Shown here: piece by piece, positions 9,073-18,800 of the stretch | Layout of the letters: the number at the start of each line of letters is the position of its first letter | Position numbering within the stretch: the stretch's first letter is position 1 | Assembly: GCA_046706685.1 (NCBI GenBank) | Contig: JBJKPE010000052.1 | Coordinates: 2,198 to 66,197, forward strand | Reading direction: 5' to 3' | Origin: Thermodesulfovibrionales bacterium | Lineage (GTDB): Bacteria; Nitrospirota; Thermodesulfovibrionia; Thermodesulfovibrionales; UBA6898 | Length of the DNA: 64,000 bases | Notes under the pieces: model-generated | Told to the model about the DNA's origin: nothing | Databases searched by the model: none | Seen by the model: the letters and a program-made list of their open reading frames with translations, nothing else | Program-made: the position numbers and the translations under genes

Positions 9073-9564
9073 TCAGGCAGTGCCTGCCTGTTTGGCCATT
9101 GTAACGATCGGCCTTGATGCTGTTTTGACCAGCTTGTTAAGTGTCTTTGAGGTAATGTCAGCGTCGTTGGTGATGCCCGGACTCAGCAATACCACGTCGA
9201 TCCTGGTATTCTGCCGGAGGATATTTCTTATGGCCGTAACTGCGTCCGCTGCGGCCGTGCTGATATCCACGGAAACACCTGCTTCTCTGCATTTTTCTTT
9301 TATGAGGGAAAGCTTATTTTCGAAACTCTTCCGCGATTTGCTGTAATCCTCCCTGATCTGTTCTCCTGCCGTCTTCTGCTTTTTCGATTCGTCCGGGATT
9401 TCTCCTTTCGTCATATCTTCAAAGTTTTCGATCACCGCTCCTTTATAGACCATCAATATCCGGATGCTGTCTCCCATTGCCTTGGTGAGGTCAACGGCAT
9501 AGGAGAGCCCTTCATCGAAATTATCGTCGTTGTAAGTTACGAATAAAAGCTCTTTTCCCTTCAC
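9073..9564 (-). CDS. USP-like (adenine-nucleotide alpha-hydrolase fold) protein
   Basis: I chose the GTG start at 9564 because a GGGGGAAGGATTAAGG RBS precedes it. The downstream sequence follows the USP pattern (ELLFVTYNDD...IDVVLLSPG...RPIVTM). The 61 upstream codons of the track ORF are R/W/C-rich and look non-coding. Confidence 0.55.
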   Translation of the reverse strand: MKGKELLFVTYNDDNFDEGLSYAVDLTKAMGDSIRILMVYKGAVIENFEDMTKGEIPDESKKQKTAGEQIREDYSKSRKSFENKLSLIKEKCREAGVSVDISTAAADAVTAIRNILRQNTRIDVVLLSPGITNDADITSKTLNKLVKTASRPIVTMAKQAGTA

Positions 9565-9796
9565 CCTTAATCCTTCCCCCGGATCTGCCGCGCATCGCCA
9601 TATTGAATATATTTCGGTTCGACAAAGAGGGGGGCAGTTCTCCCGGTTATCAATAGGGGGCTCCAGTCTGCTGACTGCACCAGTCTCAATCCTTGATTCA
9701 GGACGTCCCCCGCTCCGTTTAAGGCGCCAAGAATATTTCTGCCGCATATCATATCTTCATTTCCTTGCCGTTGCGATTTTAGACACACCATAGAAA

Positions 9797-9812
9797 AGCA
9801 AGGAGGATGCCA
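9797..9812 (-). promoter_or_regulatory. Sigma-54 (-24/-12) promoter
   Basis: The minus strand reads cTGGCATcctccTTGCTttt. GG and GC are exactly 12 nt apart, which matches TGGCAC-N5-TTGCW. It lies about 230 nt upstream of the USP-like GTG and directly downstream of the sigma-54 EBP gene. Confidence 0.6.
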
Positions 9813-10018
9813 GAACGTAACAGACTGATTTATAAGGGAAAAGATTGTAAATATAGGCGATATACTGTTTCAGAAATAAACAGCATTGAACAGTTCAAGT
9901 TACTCGCTTCGGCGCTGATGCCCCGCGCAAGTTGCTTCAGCTCTCAAATGTCCCCTCTTTATGAGAATGAAACAGCTTTTGGGGAAAGGCCTTTTTGGCG
10001 GTCGGCGGTATCTCTTAT

Positions 10019-10035
10019 TGTTTCAGTTTGAAACA
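10019..10035. promoter_or_regulatory. Candidate enhancer (UAS) palindrome TGTTTCA-N3-TGAAACA
   Basis: This is a perfect 7+3+7 inverted repeat. The same 8-mer CTGTTTCA/TGAAACAG recurs at 9865-9872 and 9968-9975. All copies are upstream of the sigma-54 promoter on the minus strand. Confidence 0.35.
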
Positions 10036-10141
10036 TTTCGGGTAGGAATAGATTCTCCCACAAAAAGGAGGTTCTTTATCCGAGGCAATCAGATCCCTGA
10101 ATTTCATGGAGCCGCCCCGTCATAGGATTGTGACCGGTATT

Positions 10142-11473
10142 TCATTGTTCCTTGAGAATTCTCCAGAGGCTTGTTCTCGATATGCCCAGGAGCTCTGCCG
10201 CCTTGCTCTTGTTGCCGCCGAACATATCGACGACCTTTTGGGCGTATTTCTTGTTGACCTCATCCAGTGTCTTAATCGGGCCGGGTTCTATTGTCTCAAT
10301 ATGAAAAATCGTGAGGCTTTCGGGAAGGCTTTCCGGATTGATAAGCGTGTCCTTCTCCAGTATAATCGCCCTCTCGATGATATTTTCGAGTTCGCGTACG
10401 TTTCCGGGAAAACTGTAGTGAAGGAGTATATCTTTAGCCTGTCCGGTAAAGCCGGTTATTTTCTTGTTCGTCTTGGGCAGGTGCTTCTGCAGAAGATAGA
10501 TACTCAGAGGTTCTATGTCATCTTTCCGGTCCCGCAAAGGGGGGATAAATATCTCCATCACATTGAGTCTGTAATAGAGGTCCTCTCTCAGCCTGCCTTC
10601 GGCGAGTATATTTCCCACGTGCTGGTTCGTAGCCGCGATAAACCTCACATCGACCTTTATGGGTCTTGTTCCCCCGACTCGGAAAAATTCCCTTTCCTCA
10701 ATAGCCTTGAGAAGCTTGGCCTGCAGATTAGGCGACATCTCTGCGATTTCGTCAAGGAAAAGCGTACCGGTGTCAGCTATTTCCAGAAGCCCCTGTTTTG
10801 TCCGCATCGCCCCGGTGAAAGCGCCTTTTTCGTGTCCGAAAAGTTCGCTTGCGAGAAGTTCCTCCGTCAGGGTGGCGCAGTTGATCGAAAGGAAAGGCAT
10901 GTCCTGCCTTCTGCTCGTGAAATGAATAATCTTGGCCAGAAGACTTTTGCCGACTCCGCTTTCTCCGGTTAAAAGCACACTGCAGTCGGAGTCCCTGATA
11001 CTTTCGATGATGTTCAGTATCTTTTGCATACTCTTGCTCTTCACTACAACGGAGACATTTCTGTCCCTGTCCAGGTAGGCCCGCAGCGCCGCGTTTTCCT
11101 TCTTCAAGACCTTCTTTTCGCGGATATTCCGGACCTTGAGGATAAGCTCGTCAAGATCGAAGGGTTTTGTAATATATTCGTAGGCCCCTTTCTTCATTGC
11201 CTCAACCGCGGAGCCGATGCTGCCGAATCCCGTGATCACCAGTACTTCGATTTCAGGGTTCTTTTCTTTGGCCTTGTCCAGCAGTTCTATGCCGTTTATC
11301 TCGGGCATTTTTATATCCGTTACAAGTACGTCGAAATGGTCGCGGGAGATCTTCTCCAGGGCTTCCCGGCCGTTCTTCGCTCCTACAACGTCGTACCCTT
11401 CCTTCGTCAGGGTGTTAACAAGGTGTTTCAGAGTTATTTCCTCGTCCTCTGCAATGAGCACCTTAAGACTCAT
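10142..11473 (-). CDS. Sigma-54-dependent response regulator (NtrC/AtoC family EBP)
   Basis: It has a REC domain (VLIAEDEE...DIKMP), an AAA+ domain with Walker A GESGVGKS and the sigma-54 contact loop GAFTGA, and a C-terminal Fis-type HTH (AAELLGISRTSLWRILK). Confidence 0.9.
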   Translation of the reverse strand: MSLKVLIAEDEEITLKHLVNTLTKEGYDVVGAKNGREALEKISRDHFDVLVTDIKMPEINGIELLDKAKEKNPEIEVLVITGFGSIGSAVEAMKKGAYEYITKPFDLDELILKVRNIREKKVLKKENAALRAYLDRDRNVSVVVKSKSMQKILNIIESIRDSDCSVLLTGESGVGKSLLAKIIHFTSRRQDMPFLSINCATLTEELLASELFGHEKGAFTGAMRTKQGLLEIADTGTLFLDEIAEMSPNLQAKLLKAIEEREFFRVGGTRPIKVDVRFIAATNQHVGNILAEGRLREDLYYRLNVMEIFIPPLRDRKDDIEPLSIYLLQKHLPKTNKKITGFTGQAKDILLHYSFPGNVRELENIIERAIILEKDTLINPESLPESLTIFHIETIEPGPIKTLDEVNKKYAQKVVDMFGGNKSKAAELLGISRTSLWRILKEQ

Positions 11474-13034
11474 GTATGATCTCCCCGGGAGGCAGGGTAA
11501 TGTTGAAAGAGGTCCCTTGTCCCTCCCTGCTTTCGACTTTGATGGAGCCCCCGTGCCTGGTTACTATGTTGAATACGATCGCAAGGCCGAGGCCGGTGCC
11601 TTTGTCTTTTGTAGTATAGAACGGCTCGAATACCTTTTCCACGGCCTCCGGAGACATCCCCCTGCCGTTGTCTGAAACCGTTATGCCGACTTCTCCCTCC
11701 CGCTCGCGCACGGTGACTTTGAGTTTGCCCCGTCCCGGCATGGCATCGATTGCGTTGCTGAAAAGATTAATGAAAACTCTCTCCAGCTGTTCAGGGTCGG
11801 CGTTGACGACCACGCCTGCAGGATCGTCGAGGCTGAATTCCATTTCTCCCGTCTCTGCAGTGACCGCGGCAAGTTTATAGGCCCTCATGAGGAGATCGTC
11901 GAGCTCTATTTCCTCGCGTTGCGGTTCTCTCCCCCGCGCGAATTCGAGCAGGTCTCCTACGATCCTTTTTACTCGTATAGTCTGGCCCACAATATCTTCT
12001 ACAATCTCCTTTACCTGGGGAGAGCGTGCGTTCCCGGCCTCTTTTTCGAGTATCTGGGCCGATATGTAGATATTATTGAGAGGGTTGTTCAATTCGTGGG
12101 CGACCCCTGAGGCAAGGGTCCCGATGGAGGCGAGTTTTCTGCTGCGGAGCAATTCTTCGTTTTTCTTCTTCTGCAGTTCCTCTTCCCGCAACAGGAGGTC
12201 ACGCTCCATCGCATTGAAAGCGGTGATCAGTACGCCCACTTCGTCGTGCTTTTCAGGGACCGTGAGAGAAGCGAAGTTGCCCTGCCCCGTCTTCCTGACG
12301 GCCTCAGTCAATATCCTGAGCCTGTTTACCACGCTGTGGCTTATAAGAAAGAGAGTGACGAGTCCGACAACGAAGAAGAGGGGGAGAAGCACCAGGGTAG
12401 CTGTCTGCAGTACAGCTATGGCGTGTTCCAGCTTTTCCCTTGCGGACGTGTCCAGTTCCTTTGAAATGTCGAGGATCTCCTCTCCGTTCTTCCGGAGCTC
12501 AATTATGTCTCGGTTGATTTCGTGGAGATGCATTATGATCCCGGCGTCGGCAGGAACGGAGAACAATTTTTCGAGCAGCCGGGCGTTAACCATGGGCCGC
12601 TCAAGAAAGGTCGATTCGATGAGAGGGGAAAAAAGCGCCTGCCGGGGGTGGGAACGCTTGAGGTCATTGAATTCCCTGTGGAACTCCGCCGCATAATTTT
12701 CGATCCTGTCAAGCCGTCCTTCGTATTCTCCTATGATAGCCTTTAATTTTTGCAATTCGCCCCGGCTGTCGACAGGACTCCCCTCCCGGATGACGCCCGC
12801 GAGATCCTTTAGATAGACGCGCACACTCCGGATCTCTTTCTCCTCCTGGTAGAGAAAATAGTTTTTTTCATGCCTCCTGAATTGGAGCGATTTGCTCCTC
12901 ACCGTGTCTGAAAGTTCCATGTAGCGGACTACCTTTCTTATTTCTATGAAATTCACATATGAGGCGAAGGCCAGGATGACGATGATAACAGAACTTATGA
13001 GGAAGCTGAGGATAATATTTTTCTTAAGAGACAT
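11463..13034 (-). CDS. Membrane sensor histidine kinase (HAMP-HisKA-HATPase)
   Basis: An N-terminal TM and periplasmic/sensor region are followed by a second TM plus HAMP. The H-box is SGVAHELNNPLN. The N and G boxes are NLFSNAIDA, DNGRGM and GTGLGL. It overlaps the RR gene by 11 nt. Confidence 0.9.
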   Translation of the reverse strand: MSLKKNIILSFLISSVIIVILAFASYVNFIEIRKVVRYMELSDTVRSKSLQFRRHEKNYFLYQEEKEIRSVRVYLKDLAGVIREGSPVDSRGELQKLKAIIGEYEGRLDRIENYAAEFHREFNDLKRSHPRQALFSPLIESTFLERPMVNARLLEKLFSVPADAGIIMHLHEINRDIIELRKNGEEILDISKELDTSAREKLEHAIAVLQTATLVLLPLFFVVGLVTLFLISHSVVNRLRILTEAVRKTGQGNFASLTVPEKHDEVGVLITAFNAMERDLLLREEELQKKKNEELLRSRKLASIGTLASGVAHELNNPLNNIYISAQILEKEAGNARSPQVKEIVEDIVGQTIRVKRIVGDLLEFARGREPQREEIELDDLLMRAYKLAAVTAETGEMEFSLDDPAGVVVNADPEQLERVFINLFSNAIDAMPGRGKLKVTVREREGEVGITVSDNGRGMSPEAVEKVFEPFYTTKDKGTGLGLAIVFNIVTRHGGSIKVESREGQGTSFNITLPPGEIIHES

Positions 13035-13376
13035 AGGCTTATATTATCGCCTATGGAGGAGAAAAAGGGGAGGGGAAATGCCCGTCCGCGGAAGACAGGG
13101 TCTTAGCGGTTTTAGGCGGAAGACCTTTCAGATTCGGGATCCCGTTTTTTTTGCCCCGTTCAGGGGGAAAATAGGGACTCTCCGGTTTTTAAAAGCAGGG
13201 GCTGTTTATGGTATATTTAACAATGACTTCTTTATTGGTCCTGCCGCCGAGACAGTGGAGAACATACTGATTTTGGTGTCTTTTCCAACGGCCTGCTCTT
13301 TTGTCCCGGCAGACGCTTTGTCGGGGAGATGAACCTTCCCGGGTACGGAATGTCCGCGATCCCCTGAAATTCAGTT

Positions 13377-15851
13377 ATGCGAAAGAATATTCTATACGAG
13401 ATAGAGGGATGGGTCCGTGAAGGGGCTGGGGGGCTCATTCTTGCCGACAGGTATACGCGTGCGATAGATCTGTTCCTCAAGGATATCTTCGAGTCCGTAA
13501 ACAGGGGAACAGACACGGTGCTTCTCGCCGTCGGCGGTTACGGACGGGGAGAACTGGCCCCTTTCTCCGATATAGACATCATGTTTCTCGCTCCCAACAG
13601 GCACGATACCGAAAAGGTTGAAGCCGTTCTGTATAAACTCTGGGATACCGGGCTCGACATAAGCCATTCATTCAGGACGCCGGGCGAATGTGTAGAAGAG
13701 GCATTCAGGGACGTAAAAACGAGGACGTCCCTGCTCGAAGCGCGGTATATCGCCGGTGACCGGAAGCTTTACCGGGTCTTCAGAGAAAAAGTTTACCCTG
13801 TCATAACCGGCAAGAGACGCAAGGAATTCGTACGGGACAAGCTGAGGGAAATGGAGAAGAGACACCTGGATTCCGGCGAGTCCCTTTACCTCCTGGAACC
13901 ACACCTCAAAGAAGGGGAGGGCGGGCTCAGGGATATTCATACGGCATACTGGCTTTCAAAGGTGGCGCTGAAAGTGGAGGACTTTCGGGGATTCCTGGGG
14001 CTTCTCGATGACTACGAGTCACGGCGTCTTTCAGGCGCCCTTGATTTCCTGCTTCGGGTCAGGTATTGTCTCCATCTCGAAAGCGGGAGAAAGAATGATG
14101 TCCTTTCCTTCGAATACCAGAGAAACGTCGCTGCCTTTCTGGGATTCCGTGACTCGCAGAAATTCAGGGCATACGAAAGACTTCTTCGCTACTACTATCT
14201 GAAGAGCAAGATTGTCAAGGAATTGACGAAGAAGGTCATGGTCATGTGCAGCAGGCCCTATGTGCGGGTGAGAAGGGATTTTCTGGTCAGAAAGGTCTCC
14301 GGGGGGTTTGCCGTATCGGGAGGCGTGCTGATATCGACCCGGGGTCATCTTGCGGGTCTGAGTCCCCGCGAAATCATGGAGAGTTTTTACCTGCATGCAA
14401 AAACGGGCAGGAGCTTCAGCGGGGCGCTGAGGGAGAAGATCGGATCGAGCCTTGTCAGAATAAACGGTGCGACGAGAAGCTCCCCGGAGGTGGTCCGCCT
14501 TTTTCTTGAGATACTTAAGAGCGAACGGGTGTATGAGACCCTGGCCGAGATGAACGAAACGGGCGTCCTCGGCAGGTTTCTGCCCGAATTCGGGACACTC
14601 AGGCTGCTCGTTGTGCGCGAGCCTTACCACATGTATACGGTAGACGAGCATACCCTCATGGCGATCAGGCATCTTGAGGAACTCCGGAATACGAAATATG
14701 GGAGGCTCGAAGATCTCCGCATCATAATTAACGATATGGAAAACGTCGACATCCTGTTCATGGTCCTCCTGTTCCACGATATCGGAAAGGGCGCCGGCCG
14801 GCACCATGAAGAGGAGGGGTATAAGCGGCTGAAGAATGTTATGGAAAGATTCAACCTCGACGTGAAAAAGAGGACCAGGATAGAATTTCTTGTCAAGAAC
14901 CATGTTCTTATGGCGAGGATCGCATTGACAAGGGAGGCGAGTGACCCCGGTGTAATTGCAGCGTTTGCCGACGCGGTGGGTGACGCCGAGAATCTCCGGG
15001 CGATATATTTGATTACATACGCCGATATGTCGGCCGTAAATCCGGGCTTCTGGAATTCCTGGAAGGCATATCTCCTGAGAGAATTGTACGACCACACGAT
15101 CGAATATCTGGCCGGTATAAAGGAAGACAGGTCGGAGTATATATACCGCCTTCACCGCAATCACCCCGGAATTGAAGCGGAGGCCCTCGCCTCTTTCGTC
15201 GGCGGTATGCCGGAACGGTATCTGCTCTCAACACCCGGCGACAGGATAATCCCGGACTATGCACTGGCCCAGGAGGTGAAGCAGACGGGTTTCGCCATGC
15301 GAATAGACAGCGGTTCCGAAGGGGTTGTGGAGCTCGCCGTCAGTGCCGAGGACTGCCCCGGGCTCTTCTCAAAGATTGTGGGTCTGCTTTCTGCAAAAGG
15401 GGTTAACATAGTCAGCGGACGAATATTTACCGGGAACAACGGAGTCGTCATAGACAAGATATCGGTTTCCAACTGGAAGGATCTCTGGTGGGACGGCTTC
15501 GAGGACGAGGTTGAGGAAGGCCTGAGGGCCGCCATAGTCGGCGGAAGGCCCATCTCAGTCACACGCAGGAGTGCGGCAGCTGTATGTCCTTTCGATATTT
15601 TCATAGAGCTGGACAACGAGGCGTCGGAGGAATTTAGTCTCCTGGAAATTTTTTCTCCCGACAGGCTTGGCCTCTTATATGACGTATCGAGCGTCATGTT
15701 TAAACTTGGGATTGATATTGTCTCTGCCCGGATTAATACTGAAACGGGCCTTGCTCAAGACGTTTTCTATATCCAGTCGGAAAAAGATAAAATCGGACTG
15801 AAGACCGCCCAGGACCTACTGGCCGATTTGTGGTCTGTGCTGAAAATATGA
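13377..15851 (+). CDS. glnD: [Protein-PII] uridylyltransferase/uridylyl-removing enzyme
   Basis: The nucleotidyltransferase motif is GGYGRGELAPFSDIDIMFL and the HD domain motif is LLFHDIGKG. Two C-terminal ACT-like domains are present. The protein is 824 aa. Confidence 0.85.
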   Translation: MRKNILYEIEGWVREGAGGLILADRYTRAIDLFLKDIFESVNRGTDTVLLAVGGYGRGELAPFSDIDIMFLAPNRHDTEKVEAVLYKLWDTGLDISHSFRTPGECVEEAFRDVKTRTSLLEARYIAGDRKLYRVFREKVYPVITGKRRKEFVRDKLREMEKRHLDSGESLYLLEPHLKEGEGGLRDIHTAYWLSKVALKVEDFRGFLGLLDDYESRRLSGALDFLLRVRYCLHLESGRKNDVLSFEYQRNVAAFLGFRDSQKFRAYERLLRYYYLKSKIVKELTKKVMVMCSRPYVRVRRDFLVRKVSGGFAVSGGVLISTRGHLAGLSPREIMESFYLHAKTGRSFSGALREKIGSSLVRINGATRSSPEVVRLFLEILKSERVYETLAEMNETGVLGRFLPEFGTLRLLVVREPYHMYTVDEHTLMAIRHLEELRNTKYGRLEDLRIIINDMENVDILFMVLLFHDIGKGAGRHHEEEGYKRLKNVMERFNLDVKKRTRIEFLVKNHVLMARIALTREASDPGVIAAFADAVGDAENLRAIYLITYADMSAVNPGFWNSWKAYLLRELYDHTIEYLAGIKEDRSEYIYRLHRNHPGIEAEALASFVGGMPERYLLSTPGDRIIPDYALAQEVKQTGFAMRIDSGSEGVVELAVSAEDCPGLFSKIVGLLSAKGVNIVSGRIFTGNNGVVIDKISVSNWKDLWWDGFEDEVEEGLRAAIVGGRPISVTRRSAAAVCPFDIFIELDNEASEEFSLLEIFSPDRLGLLYDVSSVMFKLGIDIVSARINTETGLAQDVFYIQSEKDKIGLKTAQDLLADLWSVLKI

Positions 15852-18800
15852 AGAAACGGGTATTGCTTGTTTTTATTGCGGTGTTCGTCGTTGTGGCTGC
15901 ATTTTTTCTCCGGGGGCAGTACATTTCAAATCTCCTGAAGGGGTTGATGCTTCCGGAAATCGAAGCGGCTACCGGGACGACTGCGGGGGTTCGCAAGGTG
16001 TATATCAATCTCTTTCCCCTGTATGTTGAAGCGGACGGCCTGACGATGGCCGACCCTAAAGGCGGTCGGATACTGTCGCTTAAGAAGGCCAAGGCTTATA
16101 TCGAACTTTTGGGATTTCTGGGAAGGCGCGTGGAAATTCGAAGGCTGGTGATAAGAGATCCGGAGATTACCACGGACAGAGCTCACGTCAGAGAGATTAT
16201 TGACAAGATACGTGCATACGAGGCGCAGAAGAAACCGGGCGCGTTTAAGGTGGCTGTTCTTGCGTTGGAAATACAGAATGCAAATGCAGGCTTCCGTGAT
16301 GAAGAGAGCGGCTCGACGACCGAAGCCGGCGGCCTTAGCGGGGAGATGATCTTCGGCAAGACCGACCGCATAAGGGCGTCTGTCCGTAAGATCAGTGTCA
16401 GGAAGGACGGTTGGCCCGAGGTCGCCGGAAGTGCGGACGTCCTACTGTCCCTGAGCAGGAACAAAATCAGAATAAGTCGGTTTAAGTTCAATTCCCTGGG
16501 TTCCACTATAAGAAGTTCAGGAGAATATGCGGAAGGGAGGGGACGCGTTGATACGGATGTAAACCTCCTGTTTTCATCTGTCAAGAAGCTCTTCAGCCTT
16601 AACAGGGAAGGCTCCGGCAAGATAAAGGCGAGCGGGACCGTGGCTTTCGGGGGCGGGGACGTCTCTGTTGACCTTAATCTGGACGGTAACTTCTATATCC
16701 AGACTCTGATGGAACTGCTGAAGGTGAAGGAAAAGATAGAGGGACTTGTGGATATCAGGGGCAGGGTTGAAGGGCCGCTTAAACATATTAGAGGGACCGG
16801 AATTGTGACCCTGAAGAACGGGAACCTGTTCAACGTCTCTATAGATTCCCTGACCAGCAAGGTATCATACGCGGACGGTGTAATGAAATTTACCGACGGT
16901 TCAGGCAGGATCTATAACGGCACGGCAAAAGTGTCGGCATCAATACGCCTTCCTGTCGTGAACTATTATACGGTGGCAGTCGAATTTTCGGGCATAGGAA
17001 GCAAGCAGGTCTTTAAACTGATAGGGTGGGATCCCGGAATACAGCCGGGAAAAGTAAACGGTACTCTGGTGACCGAGGGTGCTACTTTTAATCCCGAGGG
17101 GCATTTCGAATACAAAAGTGCCGGTGACGGAAAGAACATGCTGGGAAGGATAAGCGGGATCACGGGAAGGTATGCGATGCGGGATAAGGTCCTTTCCCTG
17201 GATGACCTGAAACTGGGTACGGGCCTCTCCGTGATTTCGGCGAGGGGTTTGGCCGATATAAGAAACAGGACGCTGAATTTCGACGGAAGACTGGCGTCGT
17301 CAGACATAACGGATCTGACTCTCCCCTATTACCGTCTCCTTACAGGAAGCGGAGAGTTTGCAGGAAATGTGACCGGCACGTTCGATGATCCTGTCATAAA
17401 GGGACATGCGAAGATAAGAAAGCCGGTCATCAAGGGATATGAAGCGGATGTCCTGGACGCAGATTTCACTTATGCCAAGAACCTCCTGAATGTCGATGCA
17501 ATGACCGTGAGGACCGCCGCCGGGTCTCTGGATTTAAAGGGACGCGTCTTTTTCACCGGTGCGAGAGAACTCTTCGATCTTGCCGGAGCCGAATACAGTT
17601 TAACCTCGGTTGTCAGGAATGCAAGCCTCGGACAGTTCGTTAAGATCTTTTACCCGGGGTTCAAGGGAACCGGCGGGCTGAGTGCAGACATCAAGATTAC
17701 GGGGAAGGCTGCCAGTCCCGTTATCTCGGGGGAAGGAACGGTCAGGCATGCCGGAATTTACGGTGTACAGGCGGATTCTGTCTCTTTTAACTGGGATTAT
17801 GCCGGCAGGCAGATGCGCTTTGAAAACATGAAGATCAAACAGGGCGGATCGATGCTTACAATGAACGGCAGAATGGACGACCTTGGCAACTTTTCTTACG
17901 AGGCATCTTCGGACAAAATACTGCTGAGCGACGTTCTGAGCAAAGACATAAAAGATATAAAGGGGGACGTTGTTTTCAACCTCAGGACGGAAGGACATGG
18001 CACACTCGACAGCCCCGTCATCTCCATGGATGCCGGCATAATCGGAGGATTTCTGAAAGGCAAGCCTGTCGGAAACGGCGTCATTTCGGCCCGCATACAG
18101 GACGGGAAGATTTCGTTGCGGGCGACGATGTTGAACAGGAAGATACTCGTTACCGCCAGCGGAAGACTGGAGAAGGAATTGCCGTGGGACGCCTCCGTGG
18201 AGATACAGCCTGGAAGGTATGATTCCCTTCTCGGAGCTTTTCTGAAAGACGTCCCCGAGGACCTCGTATTGAATCTCAGCGGCGCCGCTTCATTGCACGG
18301 CGACAGGTCGCATATCTCCGCGTCTGCTGTCGTGAAACAGATAAACCTTTCGATGTACGGACGCAGTTTCACGGGCGAAAAAGATATTTCGCTCCGGCTG
18401 AATGACCGGAATCTGGAGATGAAAGACATTGCCCTCAGAAGCGGCAACACTTCACTGTCCATAGATGGCAATGTGGTTTTGGGAAGGCAGTACAATGTCG
18501 TTCTTGAGGGCAGCTCGGATCTCGCGCCGTTCAAGAGCCTTTCGAGTAAAATAGGTCTCCTGAAAGGCAATGCGGAGTTTGTCCTTTCAGTTACAGGCGG
18601 ATGGGATACGCCGCAGATCAATGGCGGGGTCACTATAGCAGACGGTTCATTTGCCATGAAGGAATATCCTTACCGTTTCAGTTCTGTGAACGGATATGTT
18701 TATATGGATAATGACAGGATAGTACTGCAAAGACTCTCCGGAAAGGTGGGGGGCGGGGACGCGGTATTGTCCGGCGTAATGTACCTGAAGAGATTTTCTG

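Noticed and set aside
9565-9747. 61-codon N-terminal extension of the USP-like ORF (ATG at 9747)
   Set aside because: The peptide is R/W/C-rich with no nearby RBS, while a strong RBS precedes the GTG at 9564. I treat the region as a 5' leader.
9807-10031. 74-aa plus-strand ORF in the regulatory spacer
   Set aside because: It overlaps the sigma-54 promoter and the UAS repeats on the opposite strand, and it has neither an RBS nor a motif.
14031-15164. Long antisense ORFs inside glnD (377 aa), with similar cases at 41319-42482 in hsdR, 53383-54501 in the CusC-like gene, 20394-21335 in bamA and 10106-10972 in the response regulator
   Set aside because: All are fully nested opposite well-supported genes. 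They lack RBSs and recognisable domains and have skewed R/P/G/H composition.
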